Source: Octopus sinensis (lineage: Eukaryota). Taken from it: a stretch of DNA of 64,000 nt. Position numbers and translations under genes: made by a program. The notes beneath the pieces are model-generated. The model was not told the DNA's origin, did not search any database, and saw only the letters and a program-made list of their open reading frames with translations. The stretch lies in the NCBI RefSeq assembly GCF_006345805.1, contig NC_043003.1:58838001-58902000 (forward strand), written 5' to 3'. Numbering within the stretch: position 1 is the stretch's first letter; each line of letters opens with the position of its first letter. Below, in pieces: positions 1 through 16,419 of this stretch.

Positions 1-44
1 TACATACATACATACATACATACATATATGTATATGTATATGTA

Positions 45-100
<56 letters not shown>

Positions 101-182
101 AGGAGATTAAGAGAGAGACATACGTATTTTATACATAAACATATATATGCATGCGTACGAAGAATATTATATAAACACACAC

Positions 183-235
<53 letters not shown>

Positions 236-378
236 TATATATATATTATATACATGGCATTACTATACATAAATGCCGCCTAGAAGGAGGGACTCACCCT
301 ATATGCTATATAATTTTTTCGCACATATGCATATATATATATGCTTGTGACTAGAATACGTATGTATGTATATGCGTA

Positions 379-427
<49 letters not shown>

Positions 428-1740
428 ATGCACATGCATATCTACACACACACACACGCACATATATATATTTATACACATGCGTATATGTATGTCTTCA
501 TATATAATATATATATATAATTAAATTCACATCTGTCTGTCTGTCTTTCTATGTACATGTAATTAATTATCTTAATACATATGGGTGTGTGTGTATGTGT
601 GTGTATGTGTATATGTGTATGCGTGTGTGTGTGTTTGTGTGTGTGCATATTGCTGTATGGATATTTTGTTAAGGTACATACAAATTCTATATATCCATAT
701 ATACACACACACACACTCGTACACGAGCGCACTCGCGGGCACGCACGCATAAACACACATATAACTATATGTATGTATACAAACGCATCTGAGAATCGAA
801 CGCGTATACACACACATGCACATAGTCATCAATATATTTTTAGAGCAAGCGAAAGCCAGAGAGGTGATAGATATGAAGGCAGAAAGAAAAAATATCCATA
901 GACTGTCTATATTTATGACTACTCATTTTCAACATATTAATTATCTTCGAGCTTCTAAGAAGTTATCTTTCAGAGCGTATATGCATGCATACATGTATGT
1001 ATGTATGTATGTATGTATGTATGTATGTATGTATGTATGTATGTATGTATGTATGTATGTATGGAAGGATGTATGGAATGATGTATGGATGGACGCGTGT
1101 ATGTATGTATGAATGTATGAAATGATGGATTGATGACTGTATGTCTGTATGTACGCATGTAAGAATATATGAATAGATGGATGGATACACACACACATAC
1201 ACATATATATCTGTATATATTTGTATGTATGTATATATTTATGTATACATGTGTGTGTGTGTGTGTGTCGGAGCATGGATGGGCTCGTATATATTTATGT
1301 AGTATATGTTTGTATAAATATATATTTATGCAAACATATACATACATATATACGAGCCCATCCATATATATATATATATATATATATTACATACATATAT
1401 ATATATGTATGTATGTAAATATATATATATATGTGTAATTATATATATATATGTGTGTATGTGTAAGTGCATACATGTGTGTGTGTAATTATATACATAT
1501 GTGTGCGTATGTGTGAGTAATTATGAATATATGTATGTGTATGTGTGTATCGAAACGTATGTGCATACTTATATCAATGAAATACATATATAGATAAGCC
1601 TATAGAAGCACACAAACACACACACATACACACACTACACACACCACACATACACACACACACAAACACAAACACATACACACACACACACACGCTCACT
1701 CTCACATAGACACTCTCTCGCACACACACATATATTCGTA
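1..1740. repeat. Compound microsatellite block: (AT)n, (ATAC/GTAT)n, (CA/GT)n
   Basis: Read directly. The overlapping ORFs translate to YI/HT/CV runs and are non-coding noise. Confidence 0.95.
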
Positions 1741-2330
1741 TATGAACGCGTATACATTCGCCTCAATTGGCACAAAAAGCCTCCCCTTTAAAATAGCTTA
1801 ACGAAAATAAAGTCAGAAATCATAACCATTAACACATTTTTTAATACGCGACTAAATTAATCACAACCACAACGGTTTATCAATCTTCACCTACATTAAA
1901 AAACTGCCAACTGCTTGTACGGTGACTTACACTTCTATCACGATACGTAGGTTAGTTTATTTTTTGAATATTTTTGTTCGAATTAAACGAACGTTATACA
2001 TATATATTACATTTTATTATGCATAACGTGTGATTTATTTCATAAAGAACGATATTGTTTTTTTTTTTTTGCATTCTCGTCTGCTTCTTTTCCACCTTCA
2101 TTCTCTTACATTCTCTCTCGCTCTTCCTCTTTAATACACCATCTCTCGGTTTTATCTCTTTGTTGCTATTACATAGCTCCACTCTCTCCATCTTGTTTTT
2201 TGTTTTTGTTGTGTGTGTAAAGGAATGATGAATCGTACCTTCTTACGCAGAGAAGTGTTTGATACATACACTCGCGCACGCACACACACACATTTATGCA
2301 TGATGATATATAAGTGTATACACGTACATA

Positions 2331-2400
<70 letters not shown>

Positions 2401-2439
2401 TGTATATGTATATGGTGTGTGTGTGTGTATGTGTGTGTG

Positions 2440-2760
2440 TGGATGCGCAATGGCCCAGTGGTTAGGGTAGCGCACTCGCGGTCGTAAGATCGCGGTTTCG
2501 ATTCTCAGACCAGGCGTTGTGAGTGTTTAATGAGCGAAAACACATAAAGCTCCACGAGGATCCGGCAGGAGGTGGTGGCGAACCCTGCTGTACTCTTTCA
2601 CCACAATTTTCTCTTACTCTTTCTTCCAGTTTCTGTTGTACCTGTGTCACGCTGAATCTCCCCGAGTACTACGTTAAGAGTATACGTGTCTGTGGAGTGC
2701 TCAGCCACTTGCACGTTAATTTCACGAACAGGCTTTTCCTCGTTGACATAACCACGGCAC
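2440..2760 (+). mobile_element. tRNA(Arg)-like-head SINE (family 2)
   Basis: Head GG(A/T)GCGCAATGGCCCAGTGGTTAGGG...CGCGGTTTCGATTC with A/B boxes. The same head occurs at 10848-10975(-), 18364(+) and 31256(+). Confidence 0.85.
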
Positions 2761-2782
2761 ATGTATATATATATCTATATAC

Positions 2783-2880
2783 ATATACGACGAGCCTCTT
2801 TCAGTTTCTTACCAATCCACTCACAAGGCTTTGCTTGGCCCTAGGATATAGTAGAAGTTATTTGCCCTGGGTCCCGCACA
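2783..2880 (-). mobile_element. Family 1 SINE fragment
   Basis: CTTTCAGTTT..ACCAATCCACTCACAAGGCTTTG is the reverse complement of the family 1 internal motif. Confidence 0.65.
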
Positions 2881-3109
2881 GATGGACATAACTTGGTACC
2901 CTGGAGTTGGGCTGTAAACATCTTGTCTTACAGCCACACATGCGCCTATATCTATGAAAGTATAAAACATGTTTATATATACCTGTATATAAGGGTATGT
3001 CCTTGATAAGCCCCAAATATGTGTGTGTATATATGTATGTGTGTATATATTATATACATACATACATTTTTGTATATAATGTGTATTCTGGAGTATATGT
3101 GTCATATGT

Positions 3110-3512
3110 GAACTGGCTTCCGTGCCAGTAGCACGTAAAAAGCACCATTCGAGGGTGATCGTTACCTGCGTCGCCTTACTGGCACTTGTACTGGTGGCAC
3201 GTGAAAAAACATTCGAGGTAGGTCGTTGCCAGTGCCGCTGGACTGGCTCCTGTGCAGGTGACACATAAAAAGCACCATTTGAGTGTGGCCGTTGCCAGTA
3301 CCGCCTGACTGGCCCTCGTGCCGGTGACACGTCAATGCACCCACTACACTCTCGCAGTGGTTGGCGTTAGGAAGGGCATCCAGGTGTAGAAACTCTGCCA
3401 GATCAGATTGGAGCCTGGTGAAGCCATCTGGTTCGCCAGAACTCAGTCAAATCGTCCAACCCATGCAAGCATGGAAAGCAGACGTTCAACGATGATGATG
3501 ATGATTATGATG
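3110..3512 (+). mobile_element. 3' part of a SINE with ~65-bp internal tandem units and an RTE-like (GAT)n tail
   Basis: Four units starting CACGTAAAAAGCACC-like at 3132, 3198, 3262 and 3328, then GGTTGGCGTTAGGAAGGGCATCCAG, ending CATGGAAAGCAGACGTTCAACGATGATGATG. Confidence 0.75.
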
Positions 3513-3570
3513 TTATATATCTAAGCACACACACAAAAAATCACACAGACGTACATATATATACATACAC

Positions 3571-3621
<51 letters not shown>

Positions 3622-4543
3622 CACGCACGTACACACACACACACACATGCAAATTTTTATAAAATACATTACTTTACTTCATGCCGTCAATTTAATATCA
3701 CACCTGTCCGCTCACTTAACTGTTGAAAATCCGATATTTGACTTAATAAGAAACTGCAGTTTATACATACCTTAATAGCTATATGAGCTGAACCGGTAAA
3801 ACATTTATAATTTCAACGAATATAAATTTTAAATTAAACTAAATTTGTGTAGAGAGATTGAGTTTTAGTTCGTGTTTTACTTTACATATTTGGCGAGGCA
3901 ATTGTGAATTTGTTTATTGAGTTGGGAAAATGATATACTTACAAATTTTAATCTACTTAGGAGCATGGCTACATGTTTATTCTACATACAAGGCAATGCA
4001 ATTATGTGAAGTTCATGCATTTCTTATCAGCTTTCGACTTCCTAAATTATTTCCAAGAATGCGAAGATAACTATTTAAATTTAAAGGAATAAAACAAATG
4101 GAAAAAAAATAAATTTAAATATATGAATTTATTTAAATAAATTTAGCCATTTATATAAATTATCTATTTAAATATATTTATCAGTTCAGAGACAATGAAA
4201 GACACGTAGGACTTTTCAGTTAAATTTGAAATGTAAAATTTGAAATTAACCTCTCTAAAGTCGAGAATTAGTTCATTATATTCATTATAAATATTCATAG
4301 AATCATTTGTAATACAAATTGAGAGGATAAAAAGAGGAAAAGGAATTTTTACTGAGTGATTTCCACTCCAAGATTTGATATAATTGTGTGTATATTCAAT
4401 TTAAATTATATAATTTACTAACAAGAAAACAGGGAACCGCCATTTTGTCAATATCGATCAACTTGTCTTTCTTTAAATGTCACAAACTTTCTGGTTTGTC
4501 CTCCACCCACATTTTTGTTTCAATTCTCCCTTATTTCGTTTCG

Positions 4544-4580
<37 letters not shown>

Positions 4581-5638
4581 CACACACACACAAACAGCTC
4601 CTGGATTACTTATCTTTTAAAATTTAATATACATACATATATACGTACACACACACACGCACACACATTTCTAAGTCCGGAAGGACCGCCATCTTATTAG
4701 CGTTACGTTGCATAACAAGTCTTATTGCTGTCGCATAGTCGAAAAACATTCCATCTATACGAATATCTTCTTATTTTTTGTTACTTTTTTGTTGTTTATT
4801 TGTTTCTTTCATTTTATATATTTCCCCGTTTTCCTTATAACTTGTAGTATTCAAAGTTCAGTGTAGAGACCTCGCCCTTCCTTGTTATTTTACTTGGTTT
4901 ATTTTTCTGTGTTCGTGTTTTGTATGTTATGTTCATTTATATCCGAGAAGCTTATGCTAATGATATCGTCAAATTGAACAATATTATCGGAATGTGTCGA
5001 AATTGTGATAACATTTGGTCGATAATTGATGAGGGATTGAGTATGTTCATATCCGTTGTATATGTTTTCTCATGTTTTTCAGTATGTTCCTTTGTCGTCC
5101 CATTGTGCCACAAATATCCACTAGGAGGCAGTGTCACAGCATCACTACAGACCAAAGACTGAAGAAACCATAAATGATGCGTTAACGGGTTCGATCTCGC
5201 TGACTGACAACTTGCGTAAGTGCCTTCTGTAGTAAGCCTAAGGTCGATCGAATCTTGTAGAAGAAGCTCAGAAGACTATAATGTGTTGGTTCTCTTAACT
5301 TCCCTTAGTTTAGCGTCCCATGTTTCTTTCTGAGACTACCCTTTTCTCCCCCTTTCACTTTCCCAACCTCTCCCACTAACGGCGTTATCTTGCCTCTTTG
5401 TACTTATAGACTGGATCTGGGTGGAAAGTCTGTCGTATATATTGTATTTGTTATTCGAAGGGCGAACTTTGTTATATGGATTGTATAACTTTTGTTATAT
5501 GGATTGTATTTGTTATTCGAAGGGCGTCTGTCTCTCCCTATCGCTTATTATTTTCCACTATCTCTGCCCGCAGCAGAATGCGCACTCACATGAAATAGTT
5601 ACCCTCACAGAATAAACCTATCTTATTGGTTTATTCTG

Positions 5639-5873
5639 TGAGGCGGTGAGCTGGCAGAAACGTTAGCACGCCGGGCGAAATTGCTTAGCGGTATTTCGTC
5701 TGCCGTTACGTTCTGAGTTCAAATTCTGCCGAGGTCGACTTTGCCTTTCATCATTTCGAGGTCGATAAATTAAGTACCAGTTGCGCACTGGGGTCGATGT
5801 AATCAACTTAATTCCTTTGTCTGTCCTTGTTTGTCCCCTATATGTTTAGCCCCTTGTGGGCAATAAAGAAATA
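5639..5873 (+). mobile_element. Family 3 SINE monomer (central domain resembles Meta-type, unverified)
   Basis: Head GAGGCGGTGAGCTGGCAGAAACGTTAGC, B box GAGTTCAAATT, core GTCGACTTTGCCTTTCATC..GGTCGATAAATTAAGTACC. A 21-bp direct repeat AGAATAAACCTATCTTATTGG flanks it at 5609-5629 and 5874-5894. Confidence 0.9.
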
Positions 5874-6485
5874 AGAATAAACCTATCTTATTGGAAACAC
5901 TTCATGTTAGTTTCATCAGTCATACTCTTCCGTGCTGGCTTAGTTTGAATTTTGGAGTTTTCCCTCTATATTGATTGCTTTCACCTCAGCTAAGGAGCGC
6001 AATCTACTCTTAAAAGAGTAGCTTGCTTTAACCAATAGATGGGATCCTGACACGACCTGGATCAAAGCAGACCTCTGGGAGTAAGGGTAATTAAAGGGTG
6101 ACAACACGCTCCCCAAAACTCACGAACTGGGGCCCCACGACTGGATGCAGTTTACTGTTGTACCTAGATCGTTTAAAGGTTACATTAAGGGTACATGTGA
6201 GTAGGTATATGAGGTGTTATGCTATAACATTGCAAAATAGCAATTGATTCGAATTGAAATATGTAATTCGAATTGAAATATGTTATTGAAATATGTAATA
6301 AAATTGGCTGTTTTTATATTCAGAGTGTAACTAAATTTACATTATAGGAGCATATATAGAACATTTGATGTAAATATAGCAGACTTTGATATTTCTTTTA
6401 CAGATGTTGGTAAAGTGGGTTTTGAGAAATGTATCTTGATTAAGATCATTTCCCTGGAATATGAAACCAACATAGGATCTGAATA

Positions 6486-6822
6486 TGAAGGTGCTTGGCT
6501 CAGTGGTTAGAGCGTCAGGATTACAATCATGCGGTAGTGAGTTCGATTCCCGGACCGGGCTGTGTTGTGTTCTTGAGCAAGACACTTTATTTCACATTAC
6601 TCCAGTTCACTCGGCTGTAGAAATGAGTTGCAACGTCACTGGTGCCAAGCTATATCGGCCTTTCCCTTGGGGAACATTGGTGGCGTAGAGAGGGGAGGCT
6701 GGCATGCATGAGCGACTGCTGAACTTCCATAAACAACCATGCCCAGACCTGTGCCTCGGAGGAAAACGTCCTAGGTGTAATCCCATGTCATTCATGACCG
6801 ATTGGAGTCACACACTCAAATG
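6486..6822 (+). mobile_element. tRNA-derived SINE (family 4) with target-site duplication
   Basis: A box TGGCTCAGTGGTT, B box GAGTTCGATTCCC. Flanked by TAGGATCTGAA(T/C)A at 6473-6485 and 6823-6835. Confidence 0.85.
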
Positions 6823-6886
6823 TAGGATCTGAACACAACATAAATGCAAGTAATGTTAATTAGTTTAAAATATGTAACATATGGTA

Positions 6887-7281
6887 AGGCGGCGAGCTGA
6901 CGGGTGAAGTTGCTTAGCGGTATTTCGTCTGCCGCTACGTTCTGAGTTCAAATCCCGCCGAGGTCGACTTTGCTTTTCATCCTTTCGAGGTCGATAAATT
7001 AAGTACTAGTTACGCACTGGGGTCGATATAATCGACTTAATCCGTTTGTCTGTCCTAGTTTGTCCTCTCTGTGTTTAGCCCCTTGTGGGTAGTAAAGATA
7101 TAGGTATTTCGTCTGGCGATACGTTCTAAGTTCAAATTCCGCCGAGGTCGACTTTGCCTTTCATCCTTTCGGGATTGATAATTTAAGTACCAGTTACGTA
7201 CTGGGGTCGATATAATCGACTTAATTCCTTTGTCCTTGTTTGTCCCCTCTATGTTTAGCCCCCTGTGGGCAATAAAGAAAT
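6887..7281 (+). mobile_element. Family 3 SINE dimer (head + 2 bodies)
   Basis: The second body restarts at GGTATTTCGTCTG after TAGTAAAGATATA. Flanks AAATATGTAA(C/T)ATATGGTA at 6868-6886 and 7282-7300. Confidence 0.85.
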
Positions 7282-8470
7282 AAATATGTAATATATGGTA
7301 TAATTATAAACAGAGCAAATTTTAGCCATTTCTCTGCAGACTAAAAAAACGATGAACAACCTTGATCGATTTTTGAACCATATTGGGCTCTCATCAGAGG
7401 CGTCCACATCATTCTGATGCAAGCAGTCAGACTGTTTATATACTCAACAAATGCAACAGTTACTCTATGAAGGATTTCCTAATTTGCATACCGACAATGT
7501 TTAATACTCTATAAATACCAGCGGCCTGTTAACGGGGATCTTAGTCCAAACAGTATCAAGGTACGATAAAATATATATGTAATATATGGCAAATTTATTA
7601 TTAATTTCTACACAATAAGGTGGTGTGTGGTATTGATACCATGTTGTAAAAAGGTGTGAGTTATGTGGTGATTTAGTTATGTACGTATTTAAATAGAGAT
7701 TCTATACATCTTCTAGGATTATCTAAGAGCACAGGAAACTGATGCGCATCCTCCAATCTATTAGTGGCATTGTAAAAATTTTTAAGATATTCCGAAGATA
7801 CTCCTGAGATTCTTTAAATGAATACATAGACATACACGCACAAACACTTAAGTACCAAATAGACATGTTCACACAGAACATAGGAACAAATACATACACT
7901 TTCATAGGTGCATGTACGAGCTCAAACACATATATACAGACTGCGGGTTTTGGAACTTGTCACTTGGCGACCTACTTAAACTCCATGAATAAAGGCTTAA
8001 GTAGACCTCAAAGAAAACGTAGCATACAACCACACACACACACACACACCCGCTCGCCGCCTTAACCATGAATATAAATAATGTTTATGTAATGTTACAA
8101 CATATTACGCGTCAATCATGATCATCTCGTCAGACGATATACATATGTGCGTGCATGTTTATGTGTGTATATGTGTGTGTGTGTGTGAATACGACTGGAT
8201 TCAAAACAGTATCCATAAATCAAATTTCCCTCTTGAATCATAGTTAATCTCAGTTGTACAGCAGAAAGCAGTTGTCCAAGAGACTGCGCAATGGGATAGT
8301 ATTCGAAGGCAAAAATATCTAACAGCAATCGGTAATAAGCCTAAGGTATAAATACTCTCGCATTTGATGAAATAGCAGTTCATAAATGAATAATGCCCGG
8401 AATTTGAGCACAAGCTATTCAAAAACATGACAATATAACTGACCCACTACATAAAACAACATCAACATCG

Positions 8471-10065
8471 ACAAACGCATCAGAAAGAGCAGTAAGACCT
8501 CGGTAAATAAACGCATCAGAAAGAGCAGTAAGACATCAGTCAATAAACGCATCAGATAGAGCAGTAAGACATCAGTCAATAAACGCATCAGATAGAGCAG
8601 TAAGACATCAGTCAATAAACGCATCAGATAGAGCAGTAAGACATCAGTCAATAAACGCATCAGATAGAGCAGTAAGACATCAGTCAATAAACGCATCAGA
8701 TAGAGCAGTAAGACATCAGTCAATAAACGCATCAGAAAGAGCAGTAAGACCTTGGTCAATAAATGCATCAGATAGAGCAGTAAGACCTTGGTCAATAATT
8801 GCATCAGAAAGAGCAGTAAGACCTTGGTCAACAAATGCATCAGATAGAGCAGTAAGACCTTGATCAATAAATACCTCAGAAAGAGCAGTAAGACCTTGGT
8901 GAATAAATGCATCAGAAAGAGCAGTAAGACCTCGGTCAATAAATGCAAAAGAAGGAGCCGTAAGACCTTGATCAATAAATGCATCAGAAAGACCAGTAGT
9001 AAGACCTTGGTGAATAAATGCATCAGGAAGAGCAGTAAGACCTTGGTCAATAAATGCATCAGAAAGACCAGTGGTCAGACCTTGGCCAACAAACGCATCT
9101 GAAAGAGCAGTAAGACCATGTTGATTAAATACATCAGAAAGAGCAGTAGTAATACCTTGGTCAATAAATGCATCAGAAAGACCAGTAGTAAGACCTTGGC
9201 CAACAAACGCATCAGAATGAGCTGTAAGACCTTGGTCAACAAATGCAACAGAAAGAGCTGTAAGATCTCGGTCAATAAATGCATTAGAAATAGAAGTAAG
9301 ACCTTGGTGAATAAATGCATCAGAAAGACCAGTGGTAAGACCTTGGTGAATAAATGCATTAGAAAGAACAGTAAGACCTTGGTGAATAAATGGATCAGAA
9401 AGAGCAGTAAGACCTTAAACAAACGCATCCGAAAGAGCTGTAAGACCTTGGTCAATAAATGTCTCAGAAAGAGCAGTAAGACCACGGTCAATAAAGGCAT
9501 CAGAAAGAGCAGTAAGACCTAGCTGAATAAATGCATCAGAAAGACCAGTAAGGCCTTGGTGAATAAATGCATCGGAAAGAGCAGTAAGACCTTGGTCAAT
9601 AAATGCATCAGAAAGACCAGTAGTAAGACCTTGGTGAATAAATGCATCAAAAAGAGCAGTAAGACCTTGGTGAATAAACGCATCAGAAAGAGGTGTAAGA
9701 CCTTGGTCAATAAATGCATCAGAAAGACCAGTAGTAAGACCTTGGTGAAAAAATGCATCAGAAAGAGCAGTAAGACCTTGGTGAATAAAGACATCAGAGA
9801 GAGCAGTAAGACCTCGGTCAATAAATGCAAAAGAAGGAGCCGTAAGACCATAGTCAATAAAAGCATCAGAAATAGCAGTAAGACGTTGGTCAATAAATGC
9901 ATCAGAAAGACCAGTAGTAAGACCTTGGTGAATAAATGCATCAGAAAGAGCAGTAAGATCTCGGTCAATAAATGCATCAGAAAGAGCAGTAAGACGTTGG
10001 TGAATAAACGCATCAGAATGAGCTGTAAGACCTTGTCAATAAACGCATCGAAACGAGCAGTAATA
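8471..10065. repeat. 36-bp minisatellite (variants of 33 and 39 bp), roughly 43 units
   Basis: Consensus AATAAATGCATCAGAAAGAGCAGTAAGACCTTGGTC. The ORF track shows the frame held across the array. Confidence 0.95.
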
Positions 10066-10847
10066 CATTGGAACTATAAAATACAATGCCGTGGTAAAAA
10101 CATAGAATCCTTCATATCGATACAGCTTAATGAGAAAATCACTGTAACTTTCAAGACATTGTGTTTGGTCCCTTCGGTAAACGAATAAGTACATAAAAAA
10201 TGGGACAGCTGTATCTTACATAATTAAGATCTAACTACGTTCACATAGCAATTTCAAATAGCAGGACAAATAAAAATTTTATGGCTCTCAAAACGATTTA
10301 GTAAAATAACGGTAAGAGTTCAGTAAAAGTTATACATAATATATATAATATAAATATAATATAATATAATATATATAATATAATATAATATGATATATTA
10401 TATATATATTATATATATTTATTATCAACCCGGGACCTACATATATATATATATATATATATATAGATATATATATATATATTATTTACACATACATACA
10501 TACACTCGCACACACACATGTACTTATGTATATATATATGTATGTTGTATGCATATATAGATAAATTTATAAAACAATATATATATATATATTAATAATA
10601 TATTATATATATATATTATAATACTAACATACATACTACATACTTAATACATACACTCGCTCACACATGTAAGCATGTATGTATGCATGTATATACACAC
10701 AGGCACACACACACATATAAATATACGGTGGAAAGTAAGTTTTTCACACGAATAAATGTATAAAGAAAAGAAAAAAGGTAGAAAATTTATTTTATGAAAA
10801 TTTACATGAATTTATATATAATTTACTTTATCGATTTCATATGTTTT

Positions 10848-10975
10848 GCCGGAGCCTCGTGGAACTTTAGCTATTTTCGCTCAATAAACACTCACAACGA
10901 CCGGTATGGGAATCAAAACCGCGATATTACGACCGCAAGTCTGCTGCCCTAACCGCTGGGCCATTGCGCCTCCAC
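10848..10975 (-). mobile_element. Family 2 SINE, 5' part
   Basis: Reverse complement reads GTGGAGGCGCAATGGCCCAGCGGTTAGGGCAGCAGACTTGCGGTCG. Confidence 0.85.
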
Positions 10976-11354
10976 ATACATACATACATACATACATACA
11001 TACATACATACATACATACATACATACATACAAACAAGTATGCATACACACACACACACACATACAGACACACATACTTATGTGCGAGATTGGTTAGGTA
11101 CAAAATAAATTAGGATTGTTACTGTTAAAACTATTTGTATTTAACACAGCACTCATCTGTTGATAAGACACGTGACAAAAATACCTGGGTATCTTTACTG
11201 CGCGTTCCAATACACAAGCAGACATACTTAAACAGGTACACTTGTACACCTGAATGTATCTGAAAAATGTTTTCGTTCAAGAGTTTCTTCTATTTTGCTG
11301 TAATTATATACACGGGAAATATGATTGTGTGCTCAATTGTGTGCGTATGTGTTG

Positions 11355-13977
<2,623 letters not shown>

Positions 13978-13980
<3 letters not shown>

Positions 13981-14184
13981 TGAAAATTATAATAAGGGCG
14001 TTGAATGATTACAACACCAGTCTGCTAGAAATAGACCCCAAAAGGCCTATGAACCACTTAGATTATTACTCCACTACACATGGTTTTGTAGTGGGGTAAT
14101 CTAAGTAGTTTTAGTCCATTTGGGGTCTATTTCTAACAGACTGGTGATGTAATCATTCAACACCCTTATTATAATTTTAATATA
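13978..14184. repeat. Fold-back inverted repeat, ~100-bp arms, ~9-nt loop
   Basis: Left AATAAGGGCGTTGAATGATTACAACACCAGTCTGCTAGAAATAGACCCCAAA pairs with right TTTGGGGTCTATTTCTAACAGACTGGTGATGTAATCATTCAACACCCTTATT. Confidence 0.92.
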
Positions 14185-14731
14185 AATTAACCATTATAGT
14201 ATTTCTAGTATCGTAGCCACTGATAAATCATTAAATAATGATTTTATCCTAATTACGTATAAACATATATATGTATGTATATATTTTTTAAACGCATGCT
14301 GACAGAGATATCTTAACTCTTTAATTCAGTTTTCTGCAAACAAGTGGGTGATGATAATTTTCTGCAAAGAAGCATTATGCACATGCTCGCGTCCATTCCC
14401 TCACTATGTGCACGCATACATTTCTTATACCTAGTGAATATATATACAAAATTTTATACTTATGGATTAAATATATATATTCTATTCTTTTATTCTTTTA
14501 TTCGTTTCAACCAAAAGAATAAAGGAATAGAATATATATTCATAGGTACATTTTTTTCAATGTATACGCACGAAGTATGACAACGTTCACATGTTGAGGG
14601 GAATGGACAATGAATATGTGTATATATATGCGCTGTGTGTGTGTGTGTATTGTTTGTATGATATATATATAAGAAAACCCATATATATAAATATATATAA
14701 TAAATATATATATATATATATATATTATATA

Positions 14732-14766
<35 letters not shown>

Positions 14767-15164
14767 ATATATATACGTATTATATGCATATGTATTATAT
14801 ATAATGTATATATATATGCATATATACACACAAGTCACACACACCATGCACACCCATAAATATATATCATATATATACATATATATATGTATATATATAT
14901 ACATATATATACACACACATATATACATACACACATACACACCCATTAATATTTATTATATATGCGTGTGTCTATATATATATATATATACGCACACATA
15001 TATAATATATATTTATGGATATGTATGTGTGTATGAGTATGTGTGTACATGTGTTTGAGTGTGGTGGGTTGTGTGGTATTTGTACTTACACATGTATAGA
15101 GATACATTCATATATAGTTAACTGGGTGTATATTTATATAGGCATGTATATAAAGATATATATT

Positions 15165-15208
<44 letters not shown>

Positions 15209-16098
15209 ATATATATATACTTATATATATATAGTTATAAGAAATAATATTGCATTCGGGTATACACCTTGTACTATGCCGTATATCAATATGTATAAAT
15301 ATACATACATTGGAATATACGTACATCCATACACATACAAAACATATGTAAAAACCATAAGAAAATAAATACAATAAGAGACCTGCCTTTGTTTAGTGTC
15401 AACAGTGGCTCTCCTATATCCATCTATGTGATAATATACACAGATGAAAATAAGACTGGAGTCACATTTTTATATATAAACAATGATAACAGAAGCTGAT
15501 AAACGAAGTATTATGGTACCCCGAGAATATGTTTTCACCTGAAACGATGCTCCCAACGGTTTAGCGAATTGCAAATAACAATAAAAAAAAAAAAAAAAAA
15601 AAAAGAGAAAATTTGTTGCCCGTTGATGAATAAGTGAAACGCACAAAAGATTTATACAAGTGCTTTTATCATAAGCTTTTCTTTTCCATCCTCCAGCTCT
15701 GTCTCTCTCTCTCTTTCCCTTCTTTCTTTCTTTCTTTCTTTCTTTATTTCTTTCTTTCTTTCTTCTTTTTCTTTCTTTCTTTCTTTCTCAGTCAATCTCC
15801 CTCAGTCTCTGTCTTTTCCCCTCCTTTTCCTTTTATTTTTTTGTTGTTGTTTGTTGTTTTTTTCTCGGCAATTTGTATTTATTTCATCATTAAGGAACTA
15901 AGCTATCGCAATTCCTGTAGTTGTTTTGTAAATGTGAAAAATTAAAAGCAGAGAGACACTGTACATACACAATACAGGCGTTTTCACACACACACACACA
16001 CACACACAACACACGAACAAACACATGCACACACGAACTCACGCACGCACACTCACACATACGCGCATATATCTACATAGATAGATATATACATGTTA

Positions 16099-16142
<44 letters not shown>

Positions 16143-16377
16143 TATGTACACACACACCATATATATATATCTATATAATATTATATATATATATATACAA
16201 TATAATTTCGTATACACACATGCATATATGTATATATATATGTAGTATAAAAAACTGTAACAGTTTTAATAGTAATAATGCTTTTTCTCTCTCTCTCTCT
16301 CTGTATATATATATATTATATATATACAGAGAGAGAGAGAGAGAGAGAGAAAAAAAGCATTTATTATTACTATTAAA

Positions 16378-16419
<42 letters not shown>

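Noticed and set aside
299-2475. Many 60-130 aa ORFs rich in YI/HT/CV/MY
   Set aside because: They are translations of (AT)n, (CA)n and (ATGT)n microsatellites. The same applies to the ORFs at 10881-17406, 49195-52857 and 57371-59152.
5158-5200. CTGAAGA followed by an AACC/GGTT stem
   Set aside because: No GAAA and no stem I or III. Other isolated CTGATGA hits (32650, 35750 and several on minus) fail the same way.
7340-7560. Segment bounded by a CAG acceptor and an AAG|GTACGA donor
   Set aside because: Stops in all three frames; at best a non-coding exon and unsupported.
8471-10065. CRISPR-like appearance of regular ~36-bp repeats
   Set aside because: No unique spacers, eukaryotic context and no cas genes; it is a minisatellite.
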